The position numbers were made by a program, and so were the translations under genes. From positions 1 through 26,837 of the IMG/VR virus record IMGVR_UViG_3300020045_008457: a stretch of DNA of 26,837 bases; one strand, written 5' to 3'. Of the stretch, positions 7,695 through 15,158 are shown one piece after another. The notes under the pieces were generated by a model that searched no databases, was not told the origin of the DNA, and worked only from the letters and a program-made list of their open reading frames with translations. Every line of letters begins with the position of its first letter. The stretch's first letter is position 1. This DNA comes from a virus (Duplodnaviria; Caudoviricetes).

Positions 7695-7715
7695 CGGAAA
7701 CCGGCGGCATACACA

Positions 7716-7749
7716 GAAGAAAAGGGGCGAGACATTGCTGCCCCGCCCC
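7716..7749 (-). terminator. intrinsic terminator
   Basis: Minus strand GGGGCGGGGCA-GCAA-TGTCTCGCCCC followed by TTTTCTTC, just after the stop of 7772-8083. Confidence 0.85.
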
Positions 7750-7771
7750 AACTACGCGCGAAGAGGTTGGA

Positions 7772-8083
7772 TCAATCCACCCAACGCACACCCATGTCAT
7801 CGGCCACCGCCAACGGGCCTTTGCAAGTAAGCAACACATATGAGTCATCGGCCATGCGTTGATACCCATAGACTCCCGCGCCTTGCCGTTCCCCAAGCGT
7901 TGCCGTCCATTCATCGGCGGGGATATACTTGTGTGATCCGCCGCCTTTGCGCTCAAAGGCGCGCGTGAACGAGTCAAACATAGTTGACCCCATGTTGTTG
8001 CCGCCGTTGGCATCCTCGTTGTTGGGCCATTTGTCGCGGCAATAGGCGTGGACCAAGGTCGCGGCTAGATAGGCTTGTGACAT
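7772..8083 (-). CDS. hypothetical protein
   Basis: ATG at 8083 after GGAGG (MSQAYLAA...). Confidence 0.6.
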   Translation of the reverse strand: MSQAYLAATLVHAYCRDKWPNNEDANGGNNMGSTMFDSFTRAFERKGGGSHKYIPADEWTATLGERQGAGVYGYQRMADDSYVLLTCKGPLAVADDMGVRWVD

Positions 8084-8163
8084 AAATTCCTCCATTGCGA
8101 TCCACCACGGATCATCCTCGCCGCGCCCCAAGTCACCCTAGGGCGCGGTCCGGTCATTCGTGG

Positions 8164-8685
8164 TTAAAGATCAATCGTGATAGCCGCGCCGAGCTTGGCC
8201 TTGGCTTCACGTTCCGCCTTGCGCTGGGCGATCTTGGCCTCAACGCTTGGCGTAAGCGCGTCGGCATTCTTGGCAAACCATGCATCGAGCTTGGCCGCTT
8301 GCGCATCATCATCGAGCCCGGTGAACGTGGCCCATTCCGCACTCTTCGCGCCATACTTCGCCTTGACGCTTTGGCGCATGATGCTGCGCGCAACCGTGGT
8401 GAATTCATCCACCCCGCTAGCCCCGCGCGTCTTGCCCCATTCCCCGGCAAGCAACGCATCAGCCGCCTTATTCATGGCCGCGTCCGTGGCCGCCGCAATA
8501 GCAGCCTTGTCGTCGCCCAAGTCCTTAGCCGCTCCGCTCGCCGCATCGGCAACCTTTTGCGTGAGCCCATGTGTGATGAGGCGAAGAACAATCGCCTCCG
8601 GCAGCTTCGCCAAATCCACGGCGCACTCCACACCGCGCGAAGTGATGATGAGATTACCCTCAAGATTGATCGTGTGCTTGGTCAT
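8164..8685 (-). CDS. Ala/Lys-rich helical protein, first leftward gene (ends LGAAITIDL)
   Basis: 173 aa, AACGGAGAA RBS, strongly biased codon usage. Confidence 0.85.
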   Translation of the reverse strand: MTKHTINLEGNLIITSRGVECAVDLAKLPEAIVLRLITHGLTQKVADAASGAAKDLGDDKAAIAAATDAAMNKAADALLAGEWGKTRGASGVDEFTTVARSIMRQSVKAKYGAKSAEWATFTGLDDDAQAAKLDAWFAKNADALTPSVEAKIAQRKAEREAKAKLGAAITIDL

Positions 8686-8723
8686 TGTAGTTCTCCGTTG
8701 TGTCGCACCGTTGCGACGCCAAC

Positions 8724-8753
8724 ATTAGTCCCTCATCCCGCGCCAATAGTCAA
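8724..8753 (-). promoter_or_regulatory. possible leftward promoter
   Basis: TTGACT at 8753-8748 with a weak -10 (GACTAA or ACTAAT) at 17-18 nt. Confidence 0.4.
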
Positions 8754-8991
8754 CACACATAATTCCATTGAGGTTCAATGGGTTATGTGATTGTGCGTTA
8801 GCTCTGGCCCGTTCATCTTTCCCCCGAGTCGTATGAACAACGCAAGGGGTGCCACCCCCTCCGAGCACCATCACGGTGAGTTGGCGGGAGGGGTTTCGCC
8901 GCATGGGGTGGGGGTCGCGCGTACACATACCCCTCGCAAATTCTGCACCCAATTTCCAGGTATGGCTCACCCCAGCCTTCTTGCAGCGTTA

Positions 8992-9020
8992 TTGACACAA
9001 CTCCCCTTCCGTGTTACCGT
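8992..9020 (+). promoter_or_regulatory. rightward promoter, probably giving a leaderless terS mRNA
   Basis: TTGACA-N17-TACCGT with TG extension; the ATG follows after 6 nt with no SD. Confidence 0.7.
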
Positions 9021-9026
9021 AGCCGC

Positions 9027-9599
9027 ATGGACATAGACCCCGATATGTTTAGGACGCGCGGCAGGGCCAAGCAGCCCTTGGTGGCCGATGTGCTTCGTGA
9101 GCTAGACGTTAGTGACTTGGCTTGCCTCCAGGTGGAGAAGGGGAGCGAACCCAGCGCGCTGAAGCGGCTTAGCGAACGCCACCACGCCCTAGCGCGCAAC
9201 CTGGCCTCCGGCATGGAAGCGGGTGAAGCAGGGCTGGTGGCCGGGTACGTGGCCTCGCGCGTAAGCATTTTGCAAAATGATCCCGCGTTCAAGGAACTCG
9301 TGGAGTTCTACCGCCGCGATGTCACCATGCAGTACCGCGACCTGCACCAGAAGCTAGCGGGGCTTTCCCTTGACGCCGCTGAGATGCTTGCCGAGCGGCT
9401 GGAAGAAGAGCCGGAAAAGGTGTCCATCGGCCAGCTCATGGAGATCACTAAGATGGGCGCAGACCGCACTGGGTTTGGCCCCCAGTCCTCCTCCACCAAC
9501 ATCAACGTCAACGTAGACCTGGCCTCGCGCTTGCAGGCCGCCCGCCAGCGCGTCCAAGCCCGCTCCCTCCCTCCGTCCGATGCTCTTTTGGAAGGATAA
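9027..9599 (+). CDS. putative terminase small subunit (HTH DNA-binding protein)
   Basis: HTH-like RHHALARNLASGM...RVSILQNDPAF; C-terminal NINVNVDLASRLQAARQR typical of TerS; first late gene. Confidence 0.65.
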   Translation: MDIDPDMFRTRGRAKQPLVADVLRELDVSDLACLQVEKGSEPSALKRLSERHHALARNLASGMEAGEAGLVAGYVASRVSILQNDPAFKELVEFYRRDVTMQYRDLHQKLAGLSLDAAEMLAERLEEEPEKVSIGQLMEITKMGADRTGFGPQSSSTNINVNVDLASRLQAARQRVQARSLPPSDALLEG

Positions 9600-9604
9600 T
9601 TGTC

Positions 9605-10048
9605 ATGAGCTTTAACTCCCGCCGCGATACCATAGCCTCCGCCCTTCGCACTGACGGCGGACTTGGCCCCAATTTTCGCTCCGATAACCTCGCCACACTC
9701 TTTAACCTCATGGGTGTAGCCGACGCGCCGGCCCCTACTGCTAAAACCGCTGACGCAACCCTCACCATCGCTGAACTTCTCACAGGCATAATCACCGCAA
9801 CCAAGGCCAGTGCGGTTGCACTCACCTTGCCCGACGGCGAGCTGGTTGAAGCAGGTGTAACGCTTGACAATGACCAAGGCTTTTCGTGGTCTGTGATTAA
9901 CCTCGGCTCTTCCTCCGGCGCCGTCACTATGACTGCTGGCACGGCCCATACATATGTAGGCAATGCAGTCGTAGCTATCTCCACCTCGGCCCGGTTCCTC
10001 ACCCGCAAAACCGCTGCAAACACCTACGTCACCTACCGGATCAGCTAA
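9605..10048 (+). CDS. virion structural / head decoration-like protein
   Basis: Thr/Ala-rich beta protein with ATLTIAELLTGII..LTLP..IN..SARF..RKT..TYRI. Confidence 0.6.
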   Translation: MSFNSRRDTIASALRTDGGLGPNFRSDNLATLFNLMGVADAPAPTAKTADATLTIAELLTGIITATKASAVALTLPDGELVEAGVTLDNDQGFSWSVINLGSSSGAVTMTAGTAHTYVGNAVVAISTSARFLTRKTAANTYVTYRIS

Positions 10049-10380
10049 TGATCTACCCCGCCAACTACCCCATGACCATAGAGCAGCGGGCGGACTTCTC
10101 CCGCACGTTCGCGTTGGAGGACGACGCTGGTGAGCCTGTTGATCTCACCGGCTTCGCCCTCAGCGCTTCGCTTTGGACTGAGCGCAGGCGCGCGATCTTG
10201 GACTTCACCTTCGCCTGGGTAGACCAGGCCGAGGGCACCTTCACCCTTTCCCTCACCGACACCCAAACCACAGGGCTAAGCGGCAGCGCCGTCTGGGACC
10301 TCCTCGTCGTTGACCCAGACGGAAATCGCGACTACTACCTCCGTGGTGATGTCCTCGTTGAGCAGGGGTTCACGGTATGA
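10048..10380 (+). CDS. beta-sandwich fibre adaptor (BppU/LtfC-like)
   Basis: TIEQRADF...PVDLTG...GTFTLSLTDTQT...WDL pattern. Confidence 0.65.
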   Translation: MIYPANYPMTIEQRADFSRTFALEDDAGEPVDLTGFALSASLWTERRRAILDFTFAWVDQAEGTFTLSLTDTQTTGLSGSAVWDLLVVDPDGNRDYYLRGDVLVEQGFTV

Positions 10381-10808
10381 ACCAGATCACTGTGCGGGGC
10401 GTGACCGAAACCCAGGTCGTCCGCGTATCCATCCCCGGAGTTCAAGGGCCAAGTGCAACGCGCGGCTCCTTCACAGCCGTTGAGGCCATTGCCTCCTCCC
10501 GCTTCATCCACATAGACACTGACGGCGCAATAGAACTCGCCGACGCCACCGACGATACCAAGCCTGTTGACGGCTACGTTGAGACCGCGATTGCGGAAGA
10601 CGCTTCCGGCACTGTGATCGTGGGCCACGGCCAGGTGCTTAACGGTTTCACCGGGCTGAACCCCGGCTCCGACTACTACCTTTCGGAAACCCCTGGCACC
10701 ATAACCCTAACCCCTCCCGCCGCCGCCGGCAACCTAGTCCAGTACGTTGGCAAGGCCCTTACCGCAACCACGTTGCTTTATGTCCCTGATCGTGGAGTGA
10801 CGCTGTGA
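10377..10808 (+). CDS. head-fibre/capsid-cement-like protein
   Basis: ELADAT...GLNPGSDYYLS..PG.IT.TPP...VQYVGKA pattern. Confidence 0.6.
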   Translation: MNQITVRGVTETQVVRVSIPGVQGPSATRGSFTAVEAIASSRFIHIDTDGAIELADATDDTKPVDGYVETAIAEDASGTVIVGHGQVLNGFTGLNPGSDYYLSETPGTITLTPPAAAGNLVQYVGKALTATTLLYVPDRGVTL

Positions 10809-12700
10809 CCGACCGCCTTCCCCTCACCTACGTAGACGGCAAGCACAAGCAGCTCCAGCCCGGTGACGACCTTCTCCTTGAAGAGGGCCTCACCGTCCAG
10901 GCCGCTATCGACGCAGCCGTGGCGACAGCCACTGGCGGCCAAGTGTTGCAAGGGCTGGCCACCGGCGGCGTCGTCGCCTGGCAAAGTGACTACATCTATC
11001 GCATCTCCGCCGCTACCTACTATATCGAGGGTGTGCTTTATTCCTCCGCCGAGCAGACTGTTACGCTTGACGCAGCGGACGGAGCTAACGACCGCATCGA
11101 CGCCCTCGCGTTGGATACCACCGGCGACTTCGTTAAGATCACCGGCACGGCAGCCGCACAACCCTCCTCCCCCGCTGTTGATCCTGGCACCCAACTCCAA
11201 CTCGCCTTGGTGCTAGTCACCGCCGCAACCACCGAGCCCGTTCTTGCCTCCGACGAAGACATCTACGTCAACAACGCTGAGTGGACCTCGTCCACCAGCG
11301 GCTCCGGGTTCAACGCCAACTCCACCAACAACCCTAACTCCGCTACAAAGTGCATTGAGGGCACAGCGGTTGCTGCCAACGCCTATGTCCAGCTTCAGGA
11401 CGGTGGTTCACACACCTCCGACGACTACGAAACGCTGGTGTTCTTTATTCGCTCCAAGGCCAATTGGAACAACAGCCGGGGCCTGCGTTTCCAGTTCTAC
11501 GCCAGCGGCGTTGCCAAGGGCGCGGCGGTCAACGTGGCCCGCAACACCTGGGGCTTCGATGCCTCGCAGACCGCAACATATCAGTTCATCGCGATCCCGC
11601 TTTCGCAATTCGCGCTCCCCGTTGGCACATCATTCAACCAACTCCGCATCACTGACTACGGCGGAAGCATCGGCTTCTACATCGACGATATCAAGCTCAA
11701 GACCACGGGCTCTTCCGGCACGCCTTCGGGCACTTCGGGGATTAGCCAGGAACAGGCCGACGCACGGTATTTGCAACTCACCGGGGGGACGCTGACCGGC
11801 GATCTAAGAGTACCCGACGAAGCCTATGATGCAACCGCGTGGAACAACAACCTCGAAACCCCAACCAAGAACGCCGTGCGCGACAAGATCGAGGCGATCG
11901 TTGCGGGTGTCCCGTCACTCGACGCACTGGCGTGGAAGCAGCCAGTTCGCGCTGCATCAACTGCCAACGGCACACTCGCGACGGCATTTGAGAACGGCGA
12001 CACCCTCGACGGCGTCACGCTTGCGACGGGCGATCGCATCTTGCTCAAGGATCAGTCGTCCGGAGCCGAAAACGGCATCTACACCGTCAATGCATCCGGA
12101 GCGCCGAGCAGGGCCAGCGATGCCGATACGGGCGCAGAGATGTTGGGCGCGACGGTTAGCGTCATGGAAGGCACGGCGAACGCCGACAAGACCTTCGCCT
12201 GCACCACAAATTCGACGATCACGATCGGCAGTACCTCACTCACCTTCGCGCAGGCCAGCGGCGGCGCAGGTGGACTACTTGCGGCCAATAACCTGTCTGA
12301 CGTTGCCAGCGCAGTGACCTCTCGCGCGAATCTCGGCTTAAACACCCGTACGGTTGAGTTTTCCATCATCGGCACAGCGCTCACCGCCAGCGAAGTCCTC
12401 GGGCACGTAATGCCGCCATCGGGCGAAACGTGGACCTTCCCGGCCAACCTGACCACCTCTGCGGGCGTTAAGGTCACAGGCGGCACGAACCCAGCCTCTA
12501 CCTACGCCATCACCCTCAAGAAGAACGGCTCCACGGTCGCGACGATTTCCATCTCGACAAGCGGCGTCGTCACATTTGCGACCAGCGGCGGCACATCATT
12601 CTCGCTGACTGGCGGCACAGACGAGATGCAGATCATCGGGGCCGCAACGCCGGACACCGCTGTCGGGTACGTCATCGCACTTGGTTGCACCTGGGCCTGA
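10805..12700 (+). CDS. modular fibre protein with a carbohydrate-binding-like domain
   Basis: Beta-sandwich ending IPLSQF...FYIDDIKL; WKQPVRAA...DGVTLATGDRILLKDQ...ENGIY module; NNLSDV...RANLGL fibre motif. Confidence 0.75.
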   Translation: MTDRLPLTYVDGKHKQLQPGDDLLLEEGLTVQAAIDAAVATATGGQVLQGLATGGVVAWQSDYIYRISAATYYIEGVLYSSAEQTVTLDAADGANDRIDALALDTTGDFVKITGTAAAQPSSPAVDPGTQLQLALVLVTAATTEPVLASDEDIYVNNAEWTSSTSGSGFNANSTNNPNSATKCIEGTAVAANAYVQLQDGGSHTSDDYETLVFFIRSKANWNNSRGLRFQFYASGVAKGAAVNVARNTWGFDASQTATYQFIAIPLSQFALPVGTSFNQLRITDYGGSIGFYIDDIKLKTTGSSGTPSGTSGISQEQADARYLQLTGGTLTGDLRVPDEAYDATAWNNNLETPTKNAVRDKIEAIVAGVPSLDALAWKQPVRAASTANGTLATAFENGDTLDGVTLATGDRILLKDQSSGAENGIYTVNASGAPSRASDADTGAEMLGATVSVMEGTANADKTFACTTNSTITIGSTSLTFAQASGGAGGLLAANNLSDVASAVTSRANLGLNTRTVEFSIIGTALTASEVLGHVMPPSGETWTFPANLTTSAGVKVTGGTNPASTYAITLKKNGSTVATISISTSGVVTFATSGGTSFSLTGGTDEMQIIGAATPDTAVGYVIALGCTWA

Positions 12701-12714
12701 TAGGAGAAAGCTAA

Positions 12715-13332
12715 ATGGCCTCGATACTCGACTCTGGAAATAAATCCGCCGCGATTACGCTGTCAGGCGGGAATTTAACATTTCTGCAAACCGCTACAAA
12801 CGCCGACAGTCGGGTCCGCGCCACGCCGGAATTTCGGTCTGGAAAGTGGTATTGGGAGGCGACAATCGTTGCGGTCGGCAACAACGGCGTATGGATGTTT
12901 GGCTTAATCTACAAGTCCGTCGCGTTCACTACGGGCAGCTTCATCGGCCATGTTCCTTATACGCTGGGCTGGCAGGGAACCGGGGTAGTCGCTTCAAATA
13001 ACTCGTCGCTGGGCACCATCCAAACCTACGCTACAGGGAACGTGGTGTGCATTGCTCTGGACATGGAAACCGGGCGCGTCTGGTTTCGGACGAACGGCGG
13101 CAACTGGAACAACAACGGTTCGGCAAATCCCGTAACGAACGTGGGCGGCATCCCAATTTTTGCGGGTCTCCCGATTATGCCGATGTTCAGCGCCTATGCC
13201 CTCAACGATAGCTGCACTGTCAATTTCGGGGGCAGCGCTTTTGCGCAGTCGCAACCGAGCGGCTTTGCTCCGGCGAACACATGGGATGCTCCGGTTGCTG
13301 GAGCGACGCGACGGCAGGTGTTGGTATTCTGA
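12715..13332 (+). CDS. SPRY/B30.2-like (ConA-fold) domain protein
   Basis: SGKWYWEAT ... GNVVCIALDMETGRVWFRTNG ... VNFG..F. Confidence 0.75.
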   Translation: MASILDSGNKSAAITLSGGNLTFLQTATNADSRVRATPEFRSGKWYWEATIVAVGNNGVWMFGLIYKSVAFTTGSFIGHVPYTLGWQGTGVVASNNSSLGTIQTYATGNVVCIALDMETGRVWFRTNGGNWNNNGSANPVTNVGGIPIFAGLPIMPMFSAYALNDSCTVNFGGSAFAQSQPSGFAPANTWDAPVAGATRRQVLVF

Positions 13333-13382
13333 TGATTACTTACGCGCCTGTGCAATTCGTTGGGAGGTAATCTAGATCAACT

Positions 13383-13766
13383 ATGAGCGAAGCATTTGTA
13401 CAAATGGATGATGGGCAGCTTGGCCGCCTTTCCCTCATCGAGGCCATCCGCGCTAACACCGACGCGGTAAAGCGTCTCGGCGACCAAAAGGATCGACAGG
13501 ATCATAAGTTGGATGAAATTGGTAAGGCGTTAGGTGAAATTAATACTCGTCTTGCCGTGCTTGAGCAAAGTTCCTTACATGCACAAGTGGAGCACCACCA
13601 GCGCGAAATGGATCGCTTAGAAGCACGTCTCCGTGTGCTGGAGAATTTAAGCGAGCAGCGCAAGGGCGCTATGAACCTGTTCGAGTGGGTGGGAAAGAAT
13701 TGGCCCGCAGTCATCGGCTTCGTCGGTATCGTCGCCCTGCTCATCAAGCAGTGGGGTTGGGTTTGA
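13383..13766 (+). CDS. coiled-coil protein with C-terminal TM helix (holin/antiholin-like)
   Basis: Heptad-rich body, hydrophobic tail WPAVIGFVGIVALLI; lies before the endolysin. Confidence 0.65.
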   Translation: MSEAFVQMDDGQLGRLSLIEAIRANTDAVKRLGDQKDRQDHKLDEIGKALGEINTRLAVLEQSSLHAQVEHHQREMDRLEARLRVLENLSEQRKGAMNLFEWVGKNWPAVIGFVGIVALLIKQWGWV

Positions 13767-13772
13767 GCGGGA

Positions 13773-13801
13773 TTGCAATTCACTCCCCATTGTGTTAACG
13801 T
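13773..13801 (+). promoter_or_regulatory. second copy of the late promoter, upstream of the endolysin
   Basis: TTGCAA-N17-TAACGT; shares ACTCCCC and GTGTTA.CGTAGCCG with 8992-9025. Confidence 0.65.
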
Positions 13802-13821
13802 AGCCGTTGGAAGGGAACACC

Positions 13822-14220
13822 ATGACCATCACCCTTAGTGCCAAGAGTTTAGCAAAGCTGGACGGGGCTCACCCCGACCTGCGTAAGGTGATTGTGTGTG
13901 CGGCGCAGCTCAGTGATATTGACTTTACCGTGCTTGAGGTCCAGCGAACCTTGGCGCGGCAGAAGCAGCTTTATGCCCAGGGCGCTACCCGCACGATGAA
14001 CTCGCGGCACTTGGTAAAACCAGACGGGTTCTCGCGCGCTGTGGATATTGCGCCGCTGGATGGCGGGCAGGTTTCATGGGCCTGGCCCCTTTACCACAAG
14101 CTCGCCCCGATCATTAAGCAGGCCGCTAAGGAACTTAACGTGCCGATTGAATGGGGCGGCGACTGGAAGAGTTTCAAAGACGGCCCGCATTGGCAACTCC
14201 CCTTCAAGCAGTACCCGTAG
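13822..14220 (+). CDS. endolysin, M15 family (L-Ala-D-Glu peptidase-like)
   Basis: RT...Q..L, SRHL, RAVDI, WGGDW, DGPHWQL zinc-peptidase motifs. Confidence 0.92.
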   Translation: MTITLSAKSLAKLDGAHPDLRKVIVCAAQLSDIDFTVLEVQRTLARQKQLYAQGATRTMNSRHLVKPDGFSRAVDIAPLDGGQVSWAWPLYHKLAPIIKQAAKELNVPIEWGGDWKSFKDGPHWQLPFKQYP

Positions 14221-14226
14221 GAGGGT

Positions 14227-14559
14227 GTGATGAACGAGAACAACAAACTGGAAAAGATCGGGCTGCTGGTGCTGGCTACTCTGTCCATCTGTATTCTCGG
14301 CTGGATTGGCATCGCGGCCTTGCGCTCCGGTAAGATCGACCCCAACGCCAGCGCGCTTATCGGCGTAATCGTCACCGGCCTGATTGCGTTTGGCAAGGAC
14401 ATCGTGAGTGCCATCCGCGCCTACGCAATGTCTGCGCAGCTCGGTAAGGTCACGGACCAGCTTGCTGCCTCCGCCCCTACCGATCCAACCGTTCCCCAAG
14501 CCGTGACTGTAACCAACCCGGCTGACGACCCGGTTCATGTTGAGGAGACTAGATCATGA
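14227..14559 (+). CDS. putative holin (two TM helices)
   Basis: Two hydrophobic segments; directly follows the endolysin. Confidence 0.6.
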   Translation: MMNENNKLEKIGLLVLATLSICILGWIGIAALRSGKIDPNASALIGVIVTGLIAFGKDIVSAIRAYAMSAQLGKVTDQLAASAPTDPTVPQAVTVTNPADDPVHVEETRS

Positions 14560-14942
14560 AGCGCCTCGTTTTCCTATTGCCCTTGGCGCTTAGCGCCTGC
14601 ACCCCCTCACTAACCACAGCCGGCTCAGTCATCGCTTCCGGTGCCGATGCGGCTGGTGCTTCCGCCCCCGTCACCTACGCGGACAAATCCACGCTGGATG
14701 AGAAGGGCGCGATTGCTGCTGAGAAGGCGTTTACCCTAGCCGCGAAAGCCGCCGCCCTTGGTATTCGCAGCGGGCTAATCAGTGACCGGGCCACGCTCGT
14801 CCGTATTGATGACCTGCGCGCGAAGGCGTACACCAAGCTCCTTCTCATCCGGGCCGCGTACCGAGCCGGGAACGCTACGTCCTACGCCGGCGCTTTTCGC
14901 GAGTTCGTCACCATCATCACTGAACTCAACACCCTGTTTTAG
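14556..14942 (+). CDS. lipoprotein, possible spanin component
   Basis: MKRLVFLLPLALSA-C lipobox; helical body; inside the lysis cassette. Confidence 0.7.
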   Translation: MKRLVFLLPLALSACTPSLTTAGSVIASGADAAGASAPVTYADKSTLDEKGAIAAEKAFTLAAKAAALGIRSGLISDRATLVRIDDLRAKAYTKLLLIRAAYRAGNATSYAGAFREFVTIITELNTLF

Positions 14943-14951
14943 GAGGTCGCT

Positions 14952-15158
14952 ATGCTTGACACCCTTTTAAACCTCTTGCCCAAGGTCGGCAGCGCAGTGC
15001 TTATGCTCCCCGAGTTCGTGGCGCTGGTTAAGTCCGTTGGCGCCACGCTGAGCACTGGAGACCAGGCGACGTTGAAAACCGCCTACGCCCTGGCCATTGA
15101 AGATAGTGACGAGGCCAATGCGGACCTCGCGGCCCTGATCGCTGAGCGCCTTGCGTGA
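14952..15158 (+). CDS. small amphipathic protein
   Basis: AGGAGG RBS; 68 aa. Confidence 0.7.
   Translation: MLDTLLNLLPKVGSAVLMLPEFVALVKSVGATLSTGDQATLKTAYALAIEDSDEANADLAALIAERLA

Noticed and set aside
7513-8013. 166-aa minus-strand ORF crossing the terminator and repeat region
   Set aside because: It overlaps a better gene, runs through an intrinsic terminator and ends in the poly-A tract.
5940-9000. tRNA or self-cleaving ribozyme in the structured intergenic regions
   Set aside because: No cloverleaf and no hammerhead or twister core recognised by eye; a covariance search would be needed to exclude them.
10805-13332. Diversity-generating retroelement, suggested by BPP-1-like structural genes and AAC-rich codons
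   Set aside because: No reverse transcriptase and no template/variable repeat pair seen in the window.
13332-13370. 12-aa mini-ORF MITYAPVQFVGR and a weak GATTAC/GTAATC stem before the holin-like gene
   Set aside because: Too short to separate from chance without conservation data.
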